Shown here: piece by piece, positions 46,715 through 59,160 of the stretch | Layout of the letters: each line of letters opens with the position of its first letter | How positions within the stretch are numbered: the first letter of the stretch is position 1 | NCBI RefSeq assembly: GCF_006345805.1 | Contig: NC_043013.1 | Span: 51,770,001 to 51,834,000 of the forward strand | Origin: Octopus sinensis | Taxonomy: Eukaryota | Length of the DNA: 64,000 nucleotides | Direction of reading: 5' to 3' | Program-made: the position numbers and the translations under genes | Notes under the pieces: generated by a model | What the model was told of the DNA's origin: nothing | Seen by the model: the letters and a program-made list of their open reading frames with translations, nothing else | The model's database searches: none

Positions 46715-47280
46715 TCCATCATCATCGTTTAACATCTGCCTTCCATGCTGGCATGGGTTGGATAGTTTGACGGGAGCTGGCCAGGTAGAAGACTGCACCA
46801 GACTTCTGTGTCTGTTTTGGCACGGTCCTCATAGTTGGATGCCCTTCTTAACACCTGCCACCCACCAAGCAGAGTGGACAGTGCTTTTTACATGGCACAA
46901 GCACAAGCAAGGTTAGTTTTGGTATGGTTTTTTTTACAGCTGGATGCCCTTCCAAATGCCAACCACTTTACAGTGAGACTGGATGCTTTTTACTTGGCGC
47001 CAGTACTGGCAGAGTTACCAAGTAACTTGCAAGTCAAAGATCCTTTGAGAGGAGAGGGGAAATTGGAGGAGATGATCTTGTGCCAGATGATGAAAGATTG
47101 GAGTGTGACAGGGAAACAGAAATATGTCTTGCTGAAAAGAATGTACATGGTTACCCAGCCAGAGAGAGAGAGAGAGAGAAGATACCAAGAATGAGGACAG
47201 GAGTTGTGCTGCTGTAAAGGAGATACGTGGTTATCCAGCCAGAGGGGAAAGCAAGAAAAAGAGAGAGAGAGAGAGTGGGA
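46715..47280. mobile_element. extended RTE-related family C repeat
   Basis: consensus head plus longer purine-rich extension. Confidence 0.65.
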
Positions 47281-47324
47281 GACAGCAAGGAACAGGGAGA
47301 AATTGTTTTAATTTATTCAAATTA

Positions 47325-47720
47325 ATAGGTGCATGAGTGGCTGTATGGTAAGTAGCTTGCTTACCAACCACATGGTTCTGGGTTCAGTCCCACTGCATGG
47401 CCAACCAACTGCATGGTCCCACTGCATGGCCAACCAAAGCCTTATGAATGGATTTGGTCCATGGAAACTGAAAAGAAGCCTGTCATATATTTGTATATGT
47501 ATATATATATGTGTGTGTGTGTTTGTGTGACTGTGTTTGTCCCCCCAACATCGCTTGGCAACCGATGCTGGTGTATTTACATCCCCATAACTTAGCAGTT
47601 CGGCTAAAGAGACCAATAGAATAAGTACTAGGCTTACAAAGAATAAGTCCTGTGGTCGATTTCCTTGACTAAAGGCAGTGCTCCAGCATGGCTGCAGGCA
47701 AATAACTGAAACAAGTAAAA
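47325..47720 (+). mobile_element. SINE family B with internal 24-bp duplication
   Basis: consensus match; gtcccactgcatggccaacca occurs twice. Confidence 0.82.
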
Positions 47721-48263
47721 TAGTACACATCCTGTAGCTTTAAGATTTCAATGGTATGTTGGTATATCTTTATAATGACATTGTAGGGTAGGTGTGAAAA
47801 GTTGGATATGGTCAGTTCTAACATAAAACAGGTAGAATATTTGGGCTGAATATGGCCAGATTAAATGCTAAAAGTTAAATGGCACCTTAGTCTCATCAGA
47901 GTTACAACTCTGGACCACATGTCAAAGTATTATCTCTTCTGATTAATATATTCAAACTGCTACTAATGATGTGGTAATTAATTATAGTTAGAAACAGGCT
48001 GTTTCTGGATGATTTGTAACATCAGATTTTTCAGTCCAATCAGACTTGTTAATGAGATTTAACAGGAAGTATCAATTAATATCATACAAACTTATGAGTG
48101 TATCAAATAACAGACTTGACATAGAGTATCAACTAACAATACTGAAAAGAGTATCAAATAATGTTAAGAAATCACACAGGAGTATCAAATAAATTCAAAG
48201 AAATCTTGTTTTCTGACATTGTATTCTTATATAATACCTGTAATACATTGTTTCCTTCTTCAG

Positions 48264-48307
48264 ACTTCCTCTTCCTCCAGACATACCAGATCTGCCGTTC
48301 CCGTTGG
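48264..48307 (+). CDS. EPB41L4A: exon, TSSSSRHTRSAVPV-G (phase 0-2)
   Basis: tttccttcttcag acceptor, gtaagt donor, phase fits both neighbours. Confidence 0.7.
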
Positions 48308-48754
48308 GTAAGTAAAAAAATTCTTTTGGGCTTCTGTCTTTTAATAGAGCTGTTGTTACTGTTGTAGTGTTGCCTAGTTGTGGATTGGTTCACATCTTGT
48401 TGTTTGGCAGGGACCACTGTGCCACGTCTCAGATTAAATGATTATTTGGAATTATAGTTCTTTGTTATGTGGTGTATATCTCTGTATATCACTACAGAGG
48501 TTGTTGTGGTGTGTATATATATTGGTATATCACAGTAGAGATTGTTGTGTAGTGTAAATATTGACATGTTACTACACAACTTGCACACTATATATTTATT
48601 ACTACAAATATTGTTGTGTGGCATATATTGGTATACTGCAGTGAGGATTGTTGTGATGTATATATTGATTTCACTTGCCTCAATAGGTCTTCACAAGCAA
48701 GGTTTATTCTCCAATGATTGAGGGTATTCATAAATGGGCTGGTTACACCCACTG

Positions 48755-49115
48755 GCATAGGCCATGGGCTATGGTCTCACTTGGCTTGTTGGGTCTTCTC
48801 AAGCACAGCATATCTCCAAAGGTCCCGGTCACTAGTCATTGCTTCGGTAAGGCCCAATGTTCAAAGGTTGTGCTTCACCACCTCATCCCAGGTTTTCCTG
48901 GGTCTACCTCTTCCACAGGTTCCCTCAACTGCTAAGATGTGACACTTTTTCAGACAGCTGTCCTCATTCATTCACAACACATGACCGTACCAGCGCAGTC
49001 ATCTCTCTTGCACACCACATCTGATGCTTCTTAAATCCAACTTTTCTCTCAGGGCACTTACACTCTGTCATGTATGCACACTCACATTACACATCCAGCT
49101 GATCATGCTAGCTTC
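48755..49115 (-). mobile_element. RTE-clade LINE 3' ORF fragment
   Basis: minus-strand translation LRWYGHVL*MNEDSCLKKC..VEGTCGRGRPRKTWDEVVK is the conserved RTE C-terminal motif; in-frame stops. Confidence 0.85.
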
Positions 49116-49119
49116 ATTC

Positions 49120-49194
49120 TTCTACTATAGCCTCGGGCTGACCAAAGCCTTGTGAGTGGATTTGGTAGATGGAAACTGAAAGAAGCCCGTCATG

Positions 49195-49249
<55 letters not shown>

Positions 49250-49470
49250 CATATGTGTGTGTGTGTATCTGTTTGTGTGTCTGTGTTTGTCCCCCAACAT
49301 CGCTTGACAGCCGATGCTGGTGTGTTTACATCCCTATAACTTAGCAGTTCGGCAAAAGAGATGGATAGAATAAGTACTAGGCTTACAAAGAATAAGTCCT
49401 GGGGTTGATTTGCTCGACTTAAGGCGGTGCTCCAGCATGACCACAGTCACATGACTGAAACCAGTAAAAG
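49120..49470 (+). mobile_element. SINE family B, 5'-truncated
   Basis: consensus match. Confidence 0.8.
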
Positions 49471-49983
49471 AGAGGGAGTAAAGTGTACAAGTGTGCCAAT
49501 ACTTAAAACAACAACAAATAACTGCCCAATAATGGCTTTACAAAAAACAACAGTATTCATGGATTTTAACACTTCCTGGAATTTTTTTGTTTTTTCCAAG
49601 AGACTATATTGAACATTCCATGAATGCTGCACTTTTTGTAAAGCAGTTATTGCACAGTTATTGTTGTTGTGGTAGCCAACAAATCTGTTTACTGTAATAA
49701 ATATAAATATCATTTAAGAAACACACAAAACTGTTAGATTCACTTCAACATTTAAATTTAATTTGTCAAAATATTTTCCACGCTGCAATTATCTTCGTTG
49801 CAGCACACGATCTCAGATCAAGTCACTCGCTATGCAAGTACATCTCCATAATATAAATATCACTAATTGTAAAAGTGGTAAGAAGGGAGTGGCTTACTTA
49901 TTTGAATAAATTTGCATATGGCTTATATTCTGCCTGCAGTGTTATATTTGATTATGTTAATCATGTATCTCGTTATATTGTAG

Positions 49984-50050
49984 AACTCCAGAATCCAGAA
50001 GACCAAGATCCCATAATGAACATGTGACTAGAATTTCTTATTGCTCAGAG
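49984..50050 (+). CDS. EPB41L4A: exon, TPESRRPRSHNEHVTRISYCSE (phase 2-0)
   Basis: tattgtag acceptor, gtaagt donor, phase fits both neighbours. Confidence 0.72.
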
Positions 50051-50349
50051 GTAAGTAAAGCGTTTCTTAAAGTCCTGCGTTAACCCCTTCAAGCTCATTA
50101 GGCTATCGGAAGTGAATGAGATTGGCAGATACTAACTTTATGGCTGCTTACCAATGCCAACTCACCTCACTAATGGTCTGCTGTTCCTGTCCAATTCTGG
50201 GATGGATTTTGAAGTATGTTGTGTCTTTGTTTTTTTAACTCTATATACATCTTTAGAAAGAGATTTCCTGGTTAAAAAAACTGCAGCTCCTACCATTTAA
50301 ACAACACACACATCATAAGATACTAAGTAGGTGATATTAATGTTAAATA

Positions 50350-50581
50350 AGGCGGCAAGCTGGCAGAAGCATTAGCACGCCGGGCGAAATGCGTAGCCGT
50401 ATTTCGTCTGCCGTTACGTTCTGAGTTCAAATTCCGCCGAGGTTGACTTTACCTTTCATCCCTTCGGGGTCGATAAATTAAGTACCAGTTACGCACTGGG
50501 GTCGATGTAATCAACTTAATCCGTTTGTCTGTCCTTGTTTGTCCCCTCTGTGTTTAGCCCCTTGTGGGTAGTAAAGAAATA
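50350..50581 (+). mobile_element. young full-length SINE family A with 17-bp TSD gatattaatgttaaata
   Basis: TSD at 50333-50349 and 50582-50598; near-consensus body. Confidence 0.9.
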
Positions 50582-50970
50582 GATATTAATGTTAAATATG
50601 TGTGACTGTGTGTATGTGTTCATGTGAAAATACACACTAAAAGGAGTGCTGAAAAGTTCTCAACTTTAAGGGTTTCGTGAAAGGCCTAGTTGGAGGCCCA
50701 ACTTTCCGAGTTCTTTTACAGGGCTTAGAAAAACTGAAGGACCGCTGCAATAAGTGTGTGAATTTGGGAAGGGAATAAGTTGAATAAAATCATAATTGAT
50801 CCTTCTCTATTTTCTTTTACCCAAAACCAGGAACCTTTCGGCACCCCTTTATATATTTCAGTTTGTATTTGTACTCCATCTATGCCCCACCCCTCCAAAT
50901 TTGTAGTAATTTGACTATCTGATGAATCAATATTTATTTTTATTATTGTTTTTCTTTATTTTTCTTTTAG

Positions 50971-51651
50971 CCTGGAGCAGAGAGTGACACTCCAGGACAT
51001 CACGCAAGTAGACATGGGCTGGAAGGTGACACTCCTGGACACCACACCAGTAGGCATGGAGTGGACAGCGACACTCCAGGGCAACACTCCAGCAGACATG
51101 GAGTGGACAGTGACACTCCTGGGCATCACTCCAAACGTGCAGAGAGTGATCATTCTGGCCACAGACATCATAGACATGACCGGTCATCTAACTGGCAGAG
51201 TCCAACAACCACAGACAGTCCTACATCTGGCTCTTACACACCGGTGCACTCAGGACGACGGGCATACAACCAACATGAAGATAGTGACTATGGTAGCTAT
51301 ACACCAGTCCACCGGTCAAGACACACCCATCATTACTCACGGACAGACAGGACACCTGAGCAAGGTGGAAACTATCGACCATCACATAGATCTCGACACA
51401 GCGACACGCGTAGTGGTGGCAGCAGTTCTCATTCTCATCAACATAGATCGGGTTCCCATGGTGATCGGGAAGGTCACTCGAGGTCACGACCTAGTTCCCA
51501 TGTTGACAGAGAAAGTCATTCTTCCTCCAGGTCACGACACAGTCGAACTCCAGAAGATAATGATCCAGGACGGCCACCTATGAATAAAGATTTAAATTTA
51601 ACAGTTGTCTTCCATGAAGGACAGACCAATGAAGAAGCTACGGAACTGTAA
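50971..51651 (+). CDS. EPB41L4A: terminal coding exon, 226 aa His/Ser/Gly/Arg-rich, four 14-aa repeats, ends EATEL*
   Basis: long pyrimidine tract plus ttttag acceptor, GC-balanced 681-nt ORF, stop TAA 51649-51651, AATAAA downstream at about 52091. Confidence 0.88.
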   Translation, partial: PGAESDTPGHHASRHGLEGDTPGHHTSRHGVDSDTPGQHSSRHGVDSDTPGHHSKRAESDHSGHRHHRHDRSSNWQSPTTTDSPTSGSYTPVHSGRRAYNQHEDSDYGSYTPVHRSRHTHHYSRTDRTPEQGGNYRPSHRSRHSDTRSGGSSSHSHQHRSGSHGDREGHSRSRPSSHVDRESHSSSRSRHSRTPEDNDPGRPPMNKDLNLTVVFHEGQTNEEATEL

Positions 51652-51849
51652 ACTCAGGAAGGTGTTATAGACCCCACCTCTTCCCAGTCAGTACAGAACG
51701 ACCCTCTCTCCTAATCAATGATGCAGACCATACCCTTGGTCAATACAGTTCCTGTAAAATATCCCAGATGTAAATGGAATTATAATACAAGGCTAAGAAA
51801 ACTAATACAGACCACAACTGCAATCTCAATATAAGTGATACTCTTAAAC

Positions 51850-52070
51850 AGAGGCCACACCCTAATCATTGCAGGCCACACCCTCTCATCTAGTTACTTG
51901 AGACCACACCCTCAATCAATACAGACTGCACTTTCAATCAACATGGGCCATGTCCTCTCATCTAATCAAGACTATACATGCCCACTCAACACAGGCCATA
52001 CCTCCAATCACCACAGGCCACACCTCCAATCACCACAGGCCACACCTCCAATCAATAACCACCTCACCAG
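51850..52070 (+). repeat. degenerate ~22-25-bp tandem array in the proximal 3' UTR
   Basis: recurrent caggccacacc(c/t)caatca. Confidence 0.7.
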
Positions 52071-54059
52071 ATCTAAAAAGTGAAATATGCAATAAATGGA
52101 AGTCTAATGAGAAGGTTCAGTGGTAAAGTGTTAAAAGTATCAAAAACTATGAATCTACAGTTTGCGAATTCAAATGATGTTAACCGTTTCAGTGACCCTC
52201 TATTCAGACTTGCTATTGAAGTATTTGTACATATCACATAAATTACATATAAGATGGTCAAATTTGTTATATATAAACATATATGTAAGTATAAACATAT
52301 ATATATTGGCCTGCTTGCTTAGCCAGCAGGGTGGCATCATTTGAAGGCTAAAACAATGCGAAGCGCATTGTGACTAGTGATGTCTAGCAACATCTGATAG
52401 CTTGGTCAGTCACAGTGATATATATATATATAAAAGATGGATACTGAAGTTCTCATGTGCTAGGTTTGATAACTGAGAAATTTCCTCTGCATGAAACCAT
52501 TGGTAGCCTTGTTAACCCACAATATATATATATATCTGATAACTGAGGTTAAGTCCATAGAATGGCTTTGCATATGTTCTTGAGAATCAAGGATTTCCAC
52601 ATGCATATATTATATTTCCATGTGCTGCTTGTTCGGATTTAAACACAGTTATCTACAGACATACACATGCTATACCATTTATCATGTAAATGTTCAAAGC
52701 ATTTTACAATTTACATATCAAAACCTCAACACTATGAATATGTATGCATTTGTGTACCTGGTAGAACATGGAATTTTCAACCATAACCTTTAATACCTGA
52801 ACGTTTTGAAATCCATCTCCTAGTTTCATGATTGATTCTGTGTTTTCGTCTCTGGATTGAACATATCAAATACCAGTAATATATTGGTGTTGCCCCTTAA
52901 CTAAACATGTCTTCCTATATAATATTTGTCCTTGTGTTGCAGCAAAATCAAAGAAAAACAAAAACAGTATTTATTCATTTGAAAAATAATTTCTTGATAA
53001 ATCAGAAAATATCTAAAAAAAAAATTGAATGAGAGCTAATCGTGCCAAAAACGAAAATAACCAAATCTATTCACCATCATAAGTGACCACAATATTGTTG
53101 CTTCCATCAGTCAATGCCATTTTGAGATACATATTTCTTTAAATGTAAAGGAACTAAATTGGTATGTGTGGACATATCTATCTATATATCTTCCATCTGA
53201 CCCATGCAGGCATGGAAAAGTGGACATAGAATGATGATAATATCTATAAACATCATAAGGAAGCAAGCTGGCAGAACTGTTTCCATTCCAGACAAAATGT
53301 GTAATGGCATTTATTCTGACTTTGCATTCTGAATTCAAATGCCGCCAAGGTTGACTTTTCTTTCAAGGTCTGTAAAGTAAGTACCAGCTAAACACTGGGG
53401 TCATTGTAATTGACTTCCTAACCTCCTCCAAAATTGCTGGCCTTGTGCTAAAATTTGAAATCAATATCTATAAACATTACGTATAGAGTCTGTCAAAGAA
53501 ATCTGTGAACCAGGAAGAAACGGTGGTAAGGCGGCATGATCAGAAAAATACAAGCATTAAGAGAAACTGAACACTGAAATCATTCCTTGCCTTGGCCTCC
53601 AAGAGAGTTTGTGGGAAACTGAAGAATCAGCAATGTATTTTTAAAGACTATATCATGAAAAAGAACACTTTGTACATAATATAAAATGGTTGGCACTAGG
53701 AAGGGCATCCAACCATAGAAACCATGCCAAAGCGGACATTGGCTCCTGACACAGTTCTGCTCTTAGTTGAATCGTGTCAAATCGTTTAACCCATGCCAAC
53801 ATCGAAAACAGACATTAAATGATCACACGTTTATATTTTCAAAAGAGTGTGCCAGAAAGTGCGACAGATTACCAAAATTTATGGGCCCAGTAGATCAATT
53901 CCATACCCAGCTTGTATTTCTGGTGTGGTTTGACGGTCTTCATGATTCTAGACTGGACCAATCAAAGGGTCAGCTGCATATCTTATATAATTGGATATTT
54001 AAGTGCATGTAAAACATGTGTACAGTATATAAAGCATAAATACCTATTGTTTTACATTT

Positions 54060-54096
<37 letters not shown>

Positions 54097-54101
<5 letters not shown>

Positions 54102-54170
54102 TAAATGGAGTTAAACGCAGGTGTTATTCAAATCTTTTAATAACACCTGTGTCTAACTCCATTTATTTAT
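54097..54170. repeat. 32-bp hairpin with 10-nt loop
   Basis: ataaataaatggagttaaacgcaggtgttatt / aataacacctgtgtctaactccatttatttat. Confidence 0.8.
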
Positions 54171-55940
54171 CTAAAACATTTCACCAAAACCTAGAATTTC
54201 TACCTTTATAAGTAGGCTGTTATATCCTTGGTACTTATGTGAATTTTTGCTACCCTGGTAACTATTTTTTCCATGTTATTTGTAAACACTGAAAAATAAC
54301 ATTTTTTAAATATGTATATATGTACACATATATATATATATACATACATCTACACACACACACACTGTCCAATCTCACCCACACTAATTAATCCCCTGAT
54401 CCCCACCCCGCAAAAAAAAAACTTGTGTGATGTCATTAACAGAAATCATTAAAATGCTATGAAGTTGGCCTCTCTACAGTTATACAACCAAGTGATAATA
54501 GCAGCCAAATATCCCTCAGAATACACACTACTACCTTTAAGAAAAAAAGGGGGAAAGGCTGTTGCATAATAATGTTGGATGTATAAAACGACAGTTTAGT
54601 CACAGCTGGAAGATCTGATCATAGCCTGACTGACCGAGGGTTAAACAATGACAACCGTTAAAAGATGTCAGGAAATGTCTAAGGTACTCTTGCTAAAGCA
54701 TCTTATTTCTTCTATGTTATTGGAACCTGGAGCAGCCATAGGCACTGAATCAGTCAATGGCTCAGACACTAATTGTACTTTCAACAGTTTATGAACAGAC
54801 TGCTCTCGAAGGATACAGAATTTTCTCTGACAACCACTTTGGAACTCACACAAAAGCAGCAACAACATATTATAAACTGACGACAAATACATTTTACTTG
54901 CTAGACATAGCAGCCAAATCACTCTCAAAGTATTTTCTGTCTTACAAAAAATGGGTCACATTAGATTATAGGATTGTCAATACATTTTATCAAAACAGAA
55001 ACTGGAATGGTTACTGATCATATCTCTGTTGGATGAAGGCTTATCTGGGATTATCCCTATTGTTTACCACATTTCTGCTGAAATACCCTTCCTTTGTTTC
55101 AATTAATCTTGGAAATAATGAAGAATTTGGTGAAAATAACTGTCTTTACAAAGCTGGTGTTTGGAACAAGAATTAATGAAAAATTTTGATGGAAAATTTT
55201 AATTCAGATTACTTTAAAAGACAAAATTTGTATCACAGAACTAAGTAGTCTTGTTTGAGTTTGTATCAAAAGGGTTTAACAAGAAAGGAGACGTTGAAGA
55301 TAAGCAGCTTAACCCTTAAACTGGCCATATCCAACCCAAACATTCTACCCGTTTTATGTTCAAAGTGGTCAGATCTGGCCTCGCAGACCTTCTTTAAAAT
55401 TTAATCCTAGAAATATTCAATCCATCTCACTGAAATCTCAAAGCTACAAGATACAATTCAAGACAATGTGAATAAATAAACATTTGACAGAGAAATCTGA
55501 ATGGTAAAGGGTTGACGGAGGACAGAATGGTTGCAGTATTTTAGATCATGGGTCTGTTGAATCAAAGATGGCTTAGAACTAAACAACAACAACAACAATT
55601 ATTACAAACTGAAATGTAAATTGTCCTTCCTGCCTAACCTGAAGCATAGCAATATTATGTTAGCTTGATCCTAAAAAAGTTGAATTAACCAAAAATATTC
55701 CTTGTATTGAGACAAATTACATTTCTAATATAATTCTTAAACAAATCTAAAAGACACTGTGTGTATGAATAAAAACATACTCACACACATGTATGTATAA
55801 TCCAGCACGTGCTCCAGAAAACTTGACACTTTACCAAAAAGTTTCCACGCAACCTCTATGACTCCAGATCAGCTTCTGTGCAGAGTGTGCATTCCATATA
55901 GAAAATGGAATGCAGAAAACATAACTAGTATTTATGCTTT

Positions 55941-56042
55941 GTATAATATACACGTGTTTCAGAAAGCTGACTATAATTACATAAGCCTAAAGTGTCAGTT
56001 ACACAACACATTGCAGTCAGCTCACTTCGTCAGTTAATGTAC
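55941..56042 (-). ncRNA. degenerate hammerhead-like motif with long stem II
   Basis: minus strand CUGACGA-AGUGAGCUGACU...AGUCAGCUUUCU-GAAA-CACGUG-UA; palindromic ACACGUGU stem III, stem I poorly paired. Confidence 0.35.
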
Positions 56043-56574
56043 CATATTACTTCCCTACCAATTGAGCTGGCTAGATGCTATGTATGATAGCTTCACATGT
56101 GAAAGTGAAAGTAGAAAACTGTCCTGCTCACCCAAAGACCCCACATCATTAAAGAATTTATAGTGTGGTCATGGCTAAGCTAGAGTATAGCAATTTCAGG
56201 GTGTTTGGTCTGTGACATTTCCTTACCAAGTCCTCACTAAAGACAAATAAATCCATCTAAAGGGTTCAAACAATAAACAAAAAAAGGATTCTATACTTCA
56301 AAAGTCAGTCAGTGAAATATTTATAAAAGAATTGTTTAAGTAAGTAAAAAGAAAATGTTACTATGGAAACAATGATGGTAGTAATGGTAACATTACCACT
56401 CTTTGACAATGGTAAAATGATGGATTATTACTGTTCTGTTAATGATTGCTAAAACACTTTAATTAAACCACTTTAATTAACAAAATAATTAGTGGCAAAA
56501 CAAAGGACTGTTACTGTAATTTGCATGTTATTAGCATTGTAATAAGTAAGATAATATACAAGTCAAATTAATTA

Positions 56575-56930
56575 TGATAATGTATATGTACATTTTAATA
56601 TCATGGTAATATGTAAATGATATGCAAATGGAAATATGTTTATGTGTAAATGCTGGTACCATGCTTATATGTAAATGATATGCAAATGGGATTATGTTAA
56701 TGTATATGTTAACATCAAGGTATCATGAAAATGATATAGAAATGGAATTATGTTAAAGCCATGTTAATATGTAAATGGTACACAAGTGAAATTAATTATG
56801 TTAATTTATGTGTAAATATTGTCTGGGCAAATGGTAAAAAGGGGAATTAATTATGTTTATGTCTGTGTAAATGATATACAAAGGGAGTTATTAATTATGT
56901 TAATATATATGGTAACTGATACCAAAGTGG
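56575..56930. repeat. degenerate AT-rich minisatellite (~35-45-bp unit)
   Basis: recurrent atgtaaatgatatgcaaatgg..ttatgttaat. Confidence 0.7.
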
Positions 56931-57734
56931 AAATGTAGAGCAAATTATTGCAATGTAAACTTTTTAGAGCTGACCATAGCATGAGCTTCTCTCACATTGC
57001 CTCCTCTTAACTGGTAGAGCTAGTCTTATGTAACAATTGTACAGGGTGGAGCTAGTTGTGTGCAATAAGTGTTGAGTGTGGATCCAGTTGCATATGATAA
57101 ATGTAATGTGCAGATCCAATTGCATATGGTTGTTGAGCATGGATCCAGTTTTGTGAAGGGAGTGCAGCTACAGCTATCAGAACATAAGTAAAATGGGCAA
57201 ACGTACAATATTAGGCTATAAATCTGTGGATCAGGAGTTCAAATCTTATTAGCCACTCATGGTATTTTATTTGCAAATGATTCATTCTGTATTGACAGAG
57301 TTCACTTCTTTGTTGTTGTGCAGTCACAGGGTATCCCTATTCCAGCAGACCTATAACACCAACAGATGGTTTGGTTGTACAAACAACAAGGTGCCACCAT
57401 GGATCTGTTGTTCTGGATATACCCGAGAACCGCCACCACCACAAAATGTTTAAATAGCCATAGCATGGCCAAATGGTTAAGAAGTTTGCTTTGCAACTTC
57501 AAGGTCCCAGGTTCAATCCTCCTGTTTATCATCTTATGTAAATGTAATTTTCTATAGAGTTGAGTGAATCCATGTATTTTGAAAGATATCGAAACTGGTC
57601 AGCTGGATTGTTCCTTTAATTCTGAAGGTTTACATTCTTGTGAAATGCACACTGAGTCTGTCTGAGACTTGTGCTAAGAGACCATGTGTCTGTGGGGTAT
57701 TCAGCTACTTAGATGTTTATTTAAAAGGTACGGA

Positions 57735-58085
57735 CATGATGGTTCCGGGTTCAGTCCCACTGCATGGCACCTTGGGTAAGTTACTTCTACTAAAGTTTTG
57801 GGCGTACCAAAGCCTTGTGAGTGAACTTAGTAGATGGAAACTGAAAGAAACCCATCATATATATATGTCTGTGTGTGTGTGTATGTCCACCACCACCATT
57901 TGACAACCAGTGCTGGTTTGTTTACATCCCTGTAACTTAGCAGTTTGGCAAGAGAGATCAACAGAGTAAGTACCAGGCTTTAAAAAGAAAAAGATGTAGC
58001 TCTGGGGTCAATTCATTTGGCTAAAATTCTTCAAGGTGGTGCCCCAGCATGGCCACAGTCTAATGGCTAAAACAAGTAAAACAGA
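57735..58085 (+). mobile_element. SINE family B, diverged
   Basis: consensus match. Confidence 0.75.
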
Positions 58086-58957
58086 TGAAGGATGACAGGT
58101 AATTCTGGTGATCAGACAACCAACTCCTCATCATCATCTAAACTGACCAAGATTCCTCCATCACACACTCTATACTCCGACATGCCACAGTTGATCGTTA
58201 TTAGATGGTATACTCACACTTCACCTATGTAGGTCGGGTCTCTGCCTGAAGGGAAGGACCGTATCTCAAAGGCCTTTACAATGTCTCTGAAATTGGTAGG
58301 CTGGAGGGAAGAGAATATCCTCGAATCAGACCACCTGGTTTGCATGTTTGCATCAGAATGGAGTCTATGAAAGGCTGAATGGCCAGGCAGTGATGTTCAA
58401 CAGGGCATGAAGATAGTGGCTCATGTAGGAAATGTTACTTGTGATAGAATGATGTCCTATCCAGGTGAATTTCTCGCTTCATCCCATGAAACAGGAGCTA
58501 AACTTCAGATTGGTAGTGGATTACTTGTGATAGAGTGGTGTCTTATCCAGGTGCATTTCTCCCCCACTTCACCCTATAAAAAACTAGAGCCAAAGATCAA
58601 ATCCCAGAAGCTTCCTGGAGGCTCAGGAAGTGTTTCATTATAACTTGGAGACATTAATTATAGCCTCTCCACCTCTTCATTTCTGAAACTGCTGATCAAA
58701 GACACCAGTCCTGGTTGGTGTGGCCACCTCTTAGCAAATATGCTAGAAATTGCTTTGCTCTATTTCTGGGTTAGAGGCTAGTGGTTAGGACCAAGGTCCC
58801 ATTTGGGTGATGTATGATGTGGTTGATAAAAGATGTGTGACACCTAAATTGAAAGAAGAACCAAATTCTGGAGAGGTCCCAGAAGCACCAAAATGAGAGT
58901 GGTGAGGTGTAAATGAATATATGAAAAACAAGATGGCTATATACATACATATATATA

Positions 58958-59160
58958 TCATCATCATCATCATCATCATTTAGCGTCCGCTTTCCATGCT
59001 AGCATGGGTTGGACGGTTCAACTGGGGTCTGTAAAGCCAGAAGGCCGCATCAGGCCCAGTCTGATCTGGCAGTGTTTCTACGGCTGGATGCCCTTACTAA
59101 CGCCAACCACTCTGTGAGTGTAGTGGGTGCTTTTTACATGCCACCCGCACAGGTGCCAGA
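58958..59160. mobile_element. RTE-related family C repeat
   Basis: consensus match. Confidence 0.8.

Larger units (their letters stand above)
10940..51651 (+). other. EPB41L4A: EPB41L4A-like (band 4.1-like 4A / NBL4) FERM-domain gene, 5'-partial, 24 exons traced, 909 aa from the first visible exon to the stop
   Basis: Exon phases chain without a break (total 2730 nt). Peptides match recalled human EPB41L4A motifs in order: DYFGLR, WLD, LYFxxKFYAxDPCKLxEEITR, [16 protein letters not shown], KHLWxCxVEHHxFF, SGRT, PWE, GLY, RSKSP..EEL, EQLxEIPYTKxE, PxRIxHS. Confidence 0.93.

Noticed and set aside
50927-51583. Alternative-frame ORFs over the last exon (50984-51583 plus; 50927-51187 and 51221-51487 minus)
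   Set aside because: Shadows of the GC-balanced repetitive exon; only the frame ending at 51651 fits the upstream phase and gives a plausible C-terminus.
57555-57610. GAAACTGGTC-agctggat as a hammerhead 3' half
   Set aside because: No recognisable CUGANGA core or stem I partner upstream; too degenerate to claim.
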